This document shows positions 37,101 through 45,605 of a stretch of DNA of 64,000 bases, piece after piece (within the stretch, counting starts at the first letter, position 1; every line of letters begins with the position of its first letter). The stretch is from OCS116 cluster bacterium AG-390-I16 (lineage in GTDB: Bacteria; Pseudomonadota; Alphaproteobacteria; MED-G09). The DNA is taken from the NCBI GenBank assembly GCA_003279705.1, contig QCGZ01000001.1:138524-202523 (forward strand), read 5' to 3'. The notes below the pieces were generated by a model. The model was not told the DNA's origin. It saw only the letters and a list, made by a program, of their open reading frames with translations, and searched no databases. A program made the translations under genes and the position numbers.

Positions 37101-37132
37101 TATAGGTGGTAAAATTATTTTTGTTTTCAAGA
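37101..37132 (-). promoter_or_regulatory. sigma32 (RpoH)-like heat-shock promoter candidate
   Basis: The minus strand reads CTTGAAA-N15-CCACCTAT about 60 nt upstream of the hsp20 ATG. Compare the E. coli-type consensus CTTGAA-N13-17-CCCCATNT. The match is imperfect. Confidence 0.4.
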
Positions 37133-37311
37133 GTAATAAAAATACTTTTTTTAATTATTTTTTTTTGTAATAGTTATATTTAATAATTGCGACAAAAATA
37201 CAATGGATTTAATTAGATACCTCTGATAATACATATTATTGAATATTCAAGATTTAACAAATATCACTAGTATCACAATGTGTGTCAACTAAATTAGGAA
37301 AGACTAAAAAT

Positions 37312-38532
37312 ATGGATTTAAATTTTACAAAAGCCGATCAAGATTTCAGGAACGAAGTACGTGAATTTATTGAAGAAAATTTTTCTTCGGAAATTAATGC
37401 TGGTCAAAATATTGAAAAATATCATGAGGTTACTTCTGATCAAATGAAGGAAGGAATACTTTCGTGGCATAAAACTCTTTATAAAAAAGGTTGGATAGCT
37501 CCTCATTGGCCTGTTGAGTATGGCGGTATTGATTGGTCTATTACTCAAAGATATATCTGGGATCAAGAATGTGCTAATGCTGGAACAACCCCATTAATAC
37601 CTTTTGGATTAACCATGCTAGGCCCTGTTATTATTGCCTTTGGTAATGATCATCAGAAGGACTGGGTGCTTAAAGGTATTTTGTCAGGGGATGATTGGTG
37701 GTGCCAAGGTTATTCTGAACCAGGTGCAGGATCTGATCTTGCAAGCCTAAGAACAAAAGCCGAAAGAGATGGTGATCATTATGTTGTAAATGGTCATAAA
37801 ATATGGACTACGTTAGCCCAATATGCCGATTGGATGTTTTGTTTAGTAAGAACTTCAAATGAGGGTAAGCCTCAAGAAGGTATTTCCTTTTTGTTGATTG
37901 ATATGAATACCCCTGGTATTGAAGTTAAGCCAATAATTACAGTAGACGGTGGTCATGAGGTAAATGAAGTTTTTCTCGAAGATGTTAGAGTACCTGTTGA
38001 GAATCTTGTTGGTGAAGAAAATATGGGCTGGACAATTGCTAAGTTTTTACTTGGTAATGAAAGAACTGGTATAGCTGGAGTTGCAAGATCAAAAAAAGCA
38101 ATTGATAAATTGAAAGATATTGCAAATTCAGAGCTAAATAACGGTGAGCCCCTTATGAAAGACTCGTCATTTAATAAAAAAATTACTGAACTTGAGGTAG
38201 ATTTAACAGCTCTAGAATATACTGAGTTAAGGACACTTGCAAAAGAGAGTCAAGGTCAAGGTCCAGGTGTTGAGTCCTCAATTTTAAAAATTAAAGGTAC
38301 TGAGATACAACAAAAGATTTCCGAATTAACTTTGGAGGCAATTGGTAATTATGCAAGTCCATATATTACCCCTTTAAGCGTTAGAAATTTTGGATCAAAC
38401 TATCTTGAGGTAGGACCAGAGCATACTCAAGGCGTTTCTCAAAATTATTTTGGAATGAGAAAAACTTCAATTTATGGTGGGTCAAATGAGATTCAGAGAA
38501 ATATTATAGCAAAAATGGTTTTAGGACTTTAG
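37312..38532 (+). CDS. acyl-CoA dehydrogenase (FadE-type, 'alpha'-like)
   Basis: WWCQGYSEPGAGSDLASL, GISFLLIDM and C-terminal IYGGSNEIQRNIIAKMVLGL. Start set at the ATG (MDLNFTKADQDF..) by analogy with the paralogue at 40496; the track's GTG at 37282 is an alternative. Confidence 0.85.
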   Translation: MDLNFTKADQDFRNEVREFIEENFSSEINAGQNIEKYHEVTSDQMKEGILSWHKTLYKKGWIAPHWPVEYGGIDWSITQRYIWDQECANAGTTPLIPFGLTMLGPVIIAFGNDHQKDWVLKGILSGDDWWCQGYSEPGAGSDLASLRTKAERDGDHYVVNGHKIWTTLAQYADWMFCLVRTSNEGKPQEGISFLLIDMNTPGIEVKPIITVDGGHEVNEVFLEDVRVPVENLVGEENMGWTIAKFLLGNERTGIAGVARSKKAIDKLKDIANSELNNGEPLMKDSSFNKKITELEVDLTALEYTELRTLAKESQGQGPGVESSILKIKGTEIQQKISELTLEAIGNYASPYITPLSVRNFGSNYLEVGPEHTQGVSQNYFGMRKTSIYGGSNEIQRNIIAKMVLGL

Positions 38533-38542
38533 GGAGAAAAAA

Positions 38543-39670
38543 ATGGATTTTTCATTTAGCGAAGAACAAACTTTATTACGTAATACAATACAGTCTTTTA
38601 TTCAGGATAATTATGATTTTGATAAAAGAAGGGAAATTATTCAATCCGAAGAAGGTATGAGTAAAGATAATTGGAAACAATTAGCTGAGCTTGGGCTTCT
38701 GGGAGTTCCTTTTTCGGAAAATGATGGTGGTTTGGAGTTTAGTTCTGTTGAAACTATGATTGTTGCTGAAGAGTTTGGAAAAGGCCTGGTAGTAGAACCT
38801 TATATTCAAACCGTAGTTACATGCGGAGGTTTTTTAAGAAGAGCATCTGAAGCTCAAAGACAAGAACATCTTCCAAGGTTAATCTCCGGAGATGAGATTT
38901 GGGCATTTGCTTATGCTGAACCACAAGGAAGATTTAACCTTGCCGATATAAAAGTATCTGCATCAAAGAGTGGTGATGATTATACTTTAAATGGAGATAA
39001 ATGTGTTGTTTCTGCTGCCCCTTGGGCACAAAAACTGATAGTTTCAGCTAGAACTTCAGGAGATCAATCAGATAAAGAAGGTATATCTTTATTTATAGTG
39101 GATAAGGCTAATGATGGAGTTTCAACTCGCGATTATAAAACTGTTGATGGCAGCATGGCCTCAGAAGTTTCCTTTGAAAATGTAAAGTTAAATAGTTCAT
39201 CATTAATAGGTGAAGAGGGAAATGCCCATGCTTTAATTGAGTTGGTTGCTGATGAAACAATTGCTGCTTTATGTGCCGAAGCTATAGGTGCTATGTCAGT
39301 ATTAAATGAAACAACAGTTGAGTATTGTAAAACAAGAAAACAATTTGGTCAGCCAATAGGAAAATTCCAAGTCTTACAACACAGAATGGTCGATATGTTC
39401 ATGCAATATGAGCAATCAGTATCTATGACTTATATGGTTAACCTAAAGCTTGAAGAGGAAGATATAGAGAGAAGTAAGGCCGCTTCAGGAGCAAAAGTAC
39501 AAATTTGTAATGCTGCAAAATTTATCGGTCAAAGTGCTGTTCAGCTTCATGGTGGTATGGGTATGACGGATGAACTAAACGTTGGACATTATTTTAAAAG
39601 ATTATCAATGATTGAAACCCAGCTTGGAAATGCCGATCATCATCTAAAAAAATATTCTCTAGCTTCTTAA
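38543..39670 (+). CDS. acyl-CoA dehydrogenase family protein (divergent, 'beta'-like partner)
   Basis: ACAD fold blocks (RKQFGQPIGKFQVLQHRMVDM, QLHGGMGMTDE) but an atypical C-terminus, MIETQLGNADHHLKKY; 10-nt gap to the upstream ACAD. Confidence 0.85.
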   Translation: MDFSFSEEQTLLRNTIQSFIQDNYDFDKRREIIQSEEGMSKDNWKQLAELGLLGVPFSENDGGLEFSSVETMIVAEEFGKGLVVEPYIQTVVTCGGFLRRASEAQRQEHLPRLISGDEIWAFAYAEPQGRFNLADIKVSASKSGDDYTLNGDKCVVSAAPWAQKLIVSARTSGDQSDKEGISLFIVDKANDGVSTRDYKTVDGSMASEVSFENVKLNSSSLIGEEGNAHALIELVADETIAALCAEAIGAMSVLNETTVEYCKTRKQFGQPIGKFQVLQHRMVDMFMQYEQSVSMTYMVNLKLEEEDIERSKAASGAKVQICNAAKFIGQSAVQLHGGMGMTDELNVGHYFKRLSMIETQLGNADHHLKKYSLAS

Positions 39671-39682
39671 GGGCTAAATTTA

Positions 39683-40483
39683 ATGAATAATTGGTTAAAA
39701 TTTGAAAAAAATGGATCTGTAGTAACATTAACTATGAACAGACCTGATATTCGTAATCCATTAGGTGAACCAGAGGATGTTATTAATTTTGAAGAAGCCT
39801 CAAATTTAATTAATCATGATAGAGATGTTCGTTGTGTTATTTTAACTGGTGCTGGTAAAGCGTTCTCCGCAGGCGGTAATGTTAAAAACATGCAAAATAA
39901 GTCAGGTAATTTTTCAGGATCCTCTGTTGGCCTTCGCGATAGATATAAAACAGGTATTCATAAAATAATTAAAGCTATTTGGAATATTGAAGTCCCTGTT
40001 ATTGCTGCAATAAATGGACCAGCTATTGGGTTAGGAAATGATGTTGCTTGTTTGGCAGATATAAGAATCTCATCAGACACCGCAAAATTTGGAGTAACTT
40101 TTCTTAAGATAGGATTAATTCCAGGTGATGGTGGAGCCTGGTTGTTGCCAAAGATTATTGGTATGTCGAGGGCTTCTGAATTATTATTTTCTGCAAAATT
40201 AATCGAACCTGAAACAGCTAAACAGTGGGGGTTAATTAGTGATTTTTATAAATCAGATGATCTTTTGAAAGAAGCAAATGAAATAGCTTCATCAATTATT
40301 AAACAACCTCCAGATGCGCTTAGAATGAGTAAAAAACTTTTAAGAGAGGGAATGGGTGCAAGTTTTGATAATATTTTGGAAATGTCTGCGAGCATGCAAG
40401 CTCTAATGCATCTAACAGATGATCATCAAGAGGCTTTATCAGCTTTCTTCGAAAAAAGAGAAGGTGATTTTAAAGGAAAATAA
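39683..40483 (+). CDS. enoyl-CoA hydratase/isomerase (crotonase) family protein
   Basis: MNRPDIRNPL, GAGKAFSAGGNV and INGPAIGLGNDVACLADIR motifs. Confidence 0.85.
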   Translation: MNNWLKFEKNGSVVTLTMNRPDIRNPLGEPEDVINFEEASNLINHDRDVRCVILTGAGKAFSAGGNVKNMQNKSGNFSGSSVGLRDRYKTGIHKIIKAIWNIEVPVIAAINGPAIGLGNDVACLADIRISSDTAKFGVTFLKIGLIPGDGGAWLLPKIIGMSRASELLFSAKLIEPETAKQWGLISDFYKSDDLLKEANEIASSIIKQPPDALRMSKKLLREGMGASFDNILEMSASMQALMHLTDDHQEALSAFFEKREGDFKGK

Positions 40484-40495
40484 AAGGAGTATACT

Positions 40496-41707
40496 ATGGA
40501 TTTAGATTTTAATCAGAATGATATAGATTTTAAAAATGAAGTAAGAGATTTTATCAAAGTTTCATACACCCAAGAAATGAAGGATGAATTATCGAGATCG
40601 AAAAATGGATCTGCTAGTAAAGAATTGCATGTTAAGTGGCAAAAATCTTTATACGAAAAGGGCTGGATTGCTCCAAATTGGCCTGTAGAACATGGTGGCC
40701 CAGGTTTTACAACAACACAAAAATATATTTTTGAAACAGAAATGGCTCATGCAGGTGCACCGAGAACAGTTCCTTTTGGTCTTTCAATGGTAGCACCCGT
40801 TCTAATGGAATTTGGCACAGAAGAACAAAAGAAAAAATATTTACCTGATATCCTCGCTACAAATGTATGGTGGTGTCAGGGTTATTCAGAACCAGGATCT
40901 GGTTCTGATTTAGCTTCTCTTCAATGTAAGGCTGAAGATAAGGGTGATCACTATTTAGTAAATGGAACAAAAATTTGGACAACTCTTGCCCAACATGCTG
41001 ATATGATTTTTTGTCTTGTGAGAACATCTAAAACTGAAAAACCTCAAGAAGGTATTTCTTTTCTATTAATTGATATGAAATCGCCTGGAATAGATGTAAG
41101 ACCCCTTATAACGCTTGATCAATCTCCAGCCCCATATCAAGAAGTAAATCAAGTATTCTTTGAAGATGTTAAAGTGCCTAAAGAAAATCTTGTTGGTGAG
41201 GAAAACAAAGGATGGACTTATGCTAAATACCTCCTTGAGTTTGAAAGAGGGAATTCATACTCACCATCATTGTATAGAGGAATTAACAAACTAAAGGATA
41301 TTGCAAAAGATACTTCTATTGGGAATGGTAAATATTTAATCAATGATATGGATTTTGTTAATAAATTAAATCAATGTGAAATTGAAGTTCAAGCTTTAGA
41401 ATTTGTAGAATTACGAATTTTTTCTGCTCTTTCTGCTGGTCAAAGAGTAGGTCCAGAGTCTTCTATTTTAAAATGTAGAGGTACAGAGCTTCAGCAAAAA
41501 ATCCAAGAATTATCTGTAGAGGCTATTGGTTATTGGTCTTCTCCAACTGTTTATGACTCCTTTGCAAATATAAATGAACCATCCATAGGCCCTGAATATG
41601 CTATGACAATTACTCCATCTTATCTAAATGGAAGAAAAACAACTATATATGCGGGTTCAAATGAGATTCAGAGAAATATTATTTCAAAAGCTGTTTTAGG
41701 ATTATAA
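40496..41707 (+). CDS. acyl-CoA dehydrogenase (FadE-type, paralogue of 37312..38532)
   Basis: Shares WIAPNWPVEHGG, WWCQGYSEPGSGSDLASL, GISFLLIDM and IYAGSNEIQRNIISKAVLGL with the first ACAD. Confidence 0.85.
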   Translation: MDLDFNQNDIDFKNEVRDFIKVSYTQEMKDELSRSKNGSASKELHVKWQKSLYEKGWIAPNWPVEHGGPGFTTTQKYIFETEMAHAGAPRTVPFGLSMVAPVLMEFGTEEQKKKYLPDILATNVWWCQGYSEPGSGSDLASLQCKAEDKGDHYLVNGTKIWTTLAQHADMIFCLVRTSKTEKPQEGISFLLIDMKSPGIDVRPLITLDQSPAPYQEVNQVFFEDVKVPKENLVGEENKGWTYAKYLLEFERGNSYSPSLYRGINKLKDIAKDTSIGNGKYLINDMDFVNKLNQCEIEVQALEFVELRIFSALSAGQRVGPESSILKCRGTELQQKIQELSVEAIGYWSSPTVYDSFANINEPSIGPEYAMTITPSYLNGRKTTIYAGSNEIQRNIISKAVLGL

Positions 41708-41760
41708 ATACATATATTTTATCGAAGAAATTTTAATACGACTCATATATTTTAGAATCT

Positions 41761-42483
41761 ATGTCAGTATGGGGTAAACTTGCAGGTGTTACTGCTGGAT
41801 ATTTAGTTGGTGGAATTTTTGGCGCAGTTGTTGGTGCAGTTGCTGGTCATTATGTATTAGATAAAAATGATGAAGATGTTGCTTTCGCTATAGCCTTGAT
41901 AGCACTATCTGCAAAAATGTCTATGGCTGATGGAAAAATTTCAAATAAAGAATTTTCTGCTTTTAAAGAAATACTTCATGATCTTCCAGAAAACGAGCTT
42001 AAAAATGTTCTTAAAGTATATAATTTAGCAAGAGAGGATGTTTCAGGATATGATATATATGCAAAACAGATATCTTCTATTTTTCAAAATAATCTTCATG
42101 TATTAGAAAATGTTATTGACGCCCTTTTTCATGTTGCAAAAGCAGATGGCCCAGTAAATAAAAATGAAATAATTTTCTTAGAAAAGGTAGCAGGAATTTT
42201 TGGTTTTTCTGCAGCAGATTTTGCTAGAATAAGAGCAAGCCATATGGCTGCAGAGAATGATGATCCTTGGTTAATTCTTGGTTTAGAAAGCGGAAGCAAT
42301 CTCAAATCAGCAAAATTACAGTGGAAAAAGCTAGCAGCTGAAAACCACCCTGATAAATTAATTTCAAAAGGAGTTCCTAAAGAATTACTTGGTATGGCTA
42401 ATGAAAAGCTTGCTGTTATTAATGGTGCTTATAATAAGATTGAAAAAGCACACAAAATGAAAGCCGGTTCAGGAGAAATTTAA
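41761..42483 (+). CDS. djlA: co-chaperone DjlA (TM anchor + TerB-like domain + C-terminal J domain)
   Basis: Gly-rich N-terminal TM, a central TerB-like repeat region, and a C-terminal J domain DPWLILGLE....HPDK. Confidence 0.75.
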   Translation: MSVWGKLAGVTAGYLVGGIFGAVVGAVAGHYVLDKNDEDVAFAIALIALSAKMSMADGKISNKEFSAFKEILHDLPENELKNVLKVYNLAREDVSGYDIYAKQISSIFQNNLHVLENVIDALFHVAKADGPVNKNEIIFLEKVAGIFGFSAADFARIRASHMAAENDDPWLILGLESGSNLKSAKLQWKKLAAENHPDKLISKGVPKELLGMANEKLAVINGAYNKIEKAHKMKAGSGEI

Positions 42484-43172
42484 TGTCAAAAGAAATGAAA
42501 ATAATTGCCGCTAAAGAGGCTATAACTTATGTGAAAGATGGGATGACATTAGGTCTAGGAACTGGATCAACTGTTGATGAATTCCTCATTTTATTGTCAA
42601 AAGAAATTCAGAATGGCTTAAATATATGTGGTGTAGTAACTTCGGAAAAAACGAAAAATTTATCAAACAAACTATCAATACCATTAACAACACTCGAAAA
42701 TGTAAAAAAACTTGATTTAACAATTGATGGAGCAGATGAAATTGACGCTGATTTATCCTTAATTAAAGGAGGAGGTGGAGCTCTTTTAAGGGAAAAGATT
42801 ATTGCTTTCAATTCTAGTGAGGTATTAATAATCGCCGATGAGAGTAAGTTGGTAGATAAATTAGGTATTTTTAAATTACCTATAGAGGTTTCGCCATACG
42901 AGCATGAGGTAACAAGCTTTAAGATTATGGATAAGCTTAATGAAGTTGGTTATAATGGATCAATAAGCCTAAGAAAAGATGATCAAAATATTTTTATTAC
43001 TGATGGTGGAAATTATATTTATGATTTATCAATTGGATTAATTAATGAACCTGATAATTTAGAGCAATTACTTAATTTAATACCTGGTGTATTTGAGAAT
43101 GGTTTATTTATAAATCTTACAAAAAAAGTAATTATAGGTAGTGAAAATGGTGTAAGAGTAATCACTAAGTAA
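42483..43172 (+). CDS. rpiA: ribose-5-phosphate isomerase A
   Basis: GLGTGSTV, IDGADEID and KGGGGALLREK motifs. Confidence 0.9.
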   Translation: MSKEMKIIAAKEAITYVKDGMTLGLGTGSTVDEFLILLSKEIQNGLNICGVVTSEKTKNLSNKLSIPLTTLENVKKLDLTIDGADEIDADLSLIKGGGGALLREKIIAFNSSEVLIIADESKLVDKLGIFKLPIEVSPYEHEVTSFKIMDKLNEVGYNGSISLRKDDQNIFITDGGNYIYDLSIGLINEPDNLEQLLNLIPGVFENGLFINLTKKVIIGSENGVRVITK

Positions 43173-44267
43173 TTATATAGCGCCTGCTTTTTGTGCGTAT
43201 AACCAACCAGCTTCTGCTAAAGGCCTTACTCTGTTACTTCTTTCTTCAGCATGTTCACTTGCAGCTGTTCCATCTCTAACTCTCCCAATAATACCTTGAA
43301 GAATACCAGCAAGCCTGAAAAAGTTATACGCAAGATAAAAGTCAATATTATCAATCTCTTTTCTATTTGTTTGTTCGCAATACATTTTAATATAGTCATC
43401 TGCATTAGGGATTCCTAATTCTTTATAGTTTGAATTTGATAAGGATTGTGTTCCAGCGCCGCCTTCAACCTCAGGCATAAACCATTGCATAAGGTGGTAC
43501 GTAAAATCTCCTAATGGATGCCCTAAAGTAGAAAGTTCCCAATCTAGAACAGCTAAAACTTTTGACTCTGTAGGATGTAAAACCATATTATCTATTCTAT
43601 AATCACCATGAACTATAGATGTTTCATCTTTTCCAGGGATGTTATTAGGAAGCCATTCTATTAAGGACTGCATCTCATTAATATTTTCTGTTTCAGAAGC
43701 AATATATTGCTTTGTCCATCTAGAAATCTGGCGAGAAAAATAGTTACCTGGTTTTCCAAAACTTTCTAAACCAATTTTTCTATAATCAGTATTATGAAGC
43801 TCTGCTAAGGTCTTATTTTTAGCTGCAAAAATTTCTTTTCTTATTTCTGGTGATGAATTTGGTATTGTTGGTTCCCAAATAATCCTTCCATCAACCATTT
43901 CCATAACATAAAAAATTGTTCCTATTATTGACTCATCCTCGCAAAGACAAAATGTTTTAGGAACAGCGTAATTTACTGAGTTTAATGCTGTTATAACTCT
44001 ATATTCTCTATCAACTGCATGTGCTGATGGCAGAAGTTTACCTGGGGGCTTTCTTCTAAGTACGTATTTTTTCCTTGGTGTAACAAGTTGATAGGTTGGA
44101 TTTGATTGACCACCTTTAAATTCTTTAACTGATAAATTTCCTTCAAAATCTTGTATAGTATCTGAAAGGTACTCTTCTAATTTTTTTTCAGGAAATTTGA
44201 GCTTTTCTTGAACATCCATTGTCCCTGTAAACTTTTCAGTAGATGTTAAATCTTCGTTATTATCCAT
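43173..44267 (-). CDS. phosphotransferase (APH-fold kinase), ACAD10/ACAD11-N-terminal-like
   Basis: KGGQSNPTYQL motif, catalytic IVHGDYRIDNMVL and VLDWELS; 8-nt overlap with purD. Confidence 0.8.
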   Translation of the reverse strand: MDNNEDLTSTEKFTGTMDVQEKLKFPEKKLEEYLSDTIQDFEGNLSVKEFKGGQSNPTYQLVTPRKKYVLRRKPPGKLLPSAHAVDREYRVITALNSVNYAVPKTFCLCEDESIIGTIFYVMEMVDGRIIWEPTIPNSSPEIRKEIFAAKNKTLAELHNTDYRKIGLESFGKPGNYFSRQISRWTKQYIASETENINEMQSLIEWLPNNIPGKDETSIVHGDYRIDNMVLHPTESKVLAVLDWELSTLGHPLGDFTYHLMQWFMPEVEGGAGTQSLSNSNYKELGIPNADDYIKMYCEQTNRKEIDNIDFYLAYNFFRLAGILQGIIGRVRDGTAASEHAEERSNRVRPLAEAGWLYAQKAGAI

Positions 44268-45540
44268 TTTCCTCTCTTTTTATCGCACGCCACCCAATAT
44301 CATTTCTATGATAAGAACCATTCCAATCTATCATATTTATAGCGTTTAAAGCATTATAATTTGCTTCTTTAACAGTTTCTCCTAGACTTGTTATGTTTAG
44401 AACTCTTCCACCATTTGTAAAAATTAAATTATTCACCCTTTTAGTTCCAGCATGATAAATATAAATATCTTTTAGGTTTTTAATCTCATTAATGCCTTTT
44501 ATTTCATAACCAGTTTTATAATCATTAGGGTAACCCTCAGATGCCATTACAATAGTTAGAGCAAATCTAGTATCCCATTCAATATTCTCTTCAATAAGAG
44601 AGTTTTGACAACTACTGATTATTAAGCTTAATAAATCTGATTTTAATCTAGGTAAAATTACCTGACATTCTGGATCACCAAACCTTACATTATACTCTAT
44701 AAGTTTTGGACCTTCATTTGTAATCATTAGACCAGCGTAAAGTATCCCTGTATATGGACACCCCAATTCTTTCATTGCCCTTAACGTAGGTTTTATAATC
44801 TTATCAATAGTTAATTCTTTTAATTCATCGTTCATTAATGGTGCGGGAGAATATGCACCCATACCACCAGTGTTTGGACCTGTATCACCTTCGCCAATTC
44901 TTTTATGATCTTGAGCGCTAGTTAACTCAATAAAATTATTTTCATCTGCAATGATAAAGTAACTTATCTCTTCACCAACCAAGAACTCTTCTATAACTAT
45001 CTCTTTTCCGGCATCCTTAAAAAGACCTGAAAAAATTTCTTTAACTGCATTTTCAGCATCTTTATAGTTTTCAGCGATAATAACACCTTTGCCAGCCGCT
45101 AGACCATCTGCCTTAATAACAATTGGAAATACTTGTTTTTGAAGATATTTTAAGGCGGATGATTCATCTTTAAAGGTTTCAAATTCTGCAGTAGGTATAT
45201 TGTATTTCTTACATATTTGTTTCGTAAATTTTTTTGAACCTTCAAGCTGAGCAGCTATTTTCCTAGGACCAAAGACTAAAATATTATTTTTATTTAAAAA
45301 ATCAGCCAACCCATTAACTAGAGGTACCTCAGGTCCAATTACTACTAGCTCAATTTTTTTTGAAATGCATACATCAAGCACCTCTTCATTATTGTTAATA
45401 TTTACATTTATTAACTCTGCAAAGTCCTCAATTCCTGGGTTACCTGGAGCACAAAATATTTTCTTATTTTTTGGACTTTCACAAAGAGATTTTGCTAATG
45501 CATGTTCTCTTCCACCTGAACCTAATAAAAGTATATTCAT
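44260..45540 (-). CDS. purD: phosphoribosylamine--glycine ligase
   Basis: MNILLLGSGGREHAL N-terminus, ATP-grasp blocks (IKADGLAAGKGV, EEFL.GEE, YAGLM, EYNVRFGDPE). Confidence 0.95.
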   Translation of the reverse strand: MNILLLGSGGREHALAKSLCESPKNKKIFCAPGNPGIEDFAELINVNINNNEEVLDVCISKKIELVVIGPEVPLVNGLADFLNKNNILVFGPRKIAAQLEGSKKFTKQICKKYNIPTAEFETFKDESSALKYLQKQVFPIVIKADGLAAGKGVIIAENYKDAENAVKEIFSGLFKDAGKEIVIEEFLVGEEISYFIIADENNFIELTSAQDHKRIGEGDTGPNTGGMGAYSPAPLMNDELKELTIDKIIKPTLRAMKELGCPYTGILYAGLMITNEGPKLIEYNVRFGDPECQVILPRLKSDLLSLIISSCQNSLIEENIEWDTRFALTIVMASEGYPNDYKTGYEIKGINEIKNLKDIYIYHAGTKRVNNLIFTNGGRVLNITSLGETVKEANYNALNAINMIDWNGSYHRNDIGWRAIKREENG

Positions 45541-45605
45541 ATTTAGTTATTTAAATTATTTTGTTTTAAAGATCGCTAATAATAATTATATTAAAGTAAA
45601 TAAAA

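Noticed and set aside
41734-41756. Cloning-vector contamination as an explanation for the T7-promoter-like sequence
   Set aside because: The match breaks after 12 nt (a 1-nt deletion and no GGGAGA), and the flanks are native AT-rich intergenic DNA between two intact genes.
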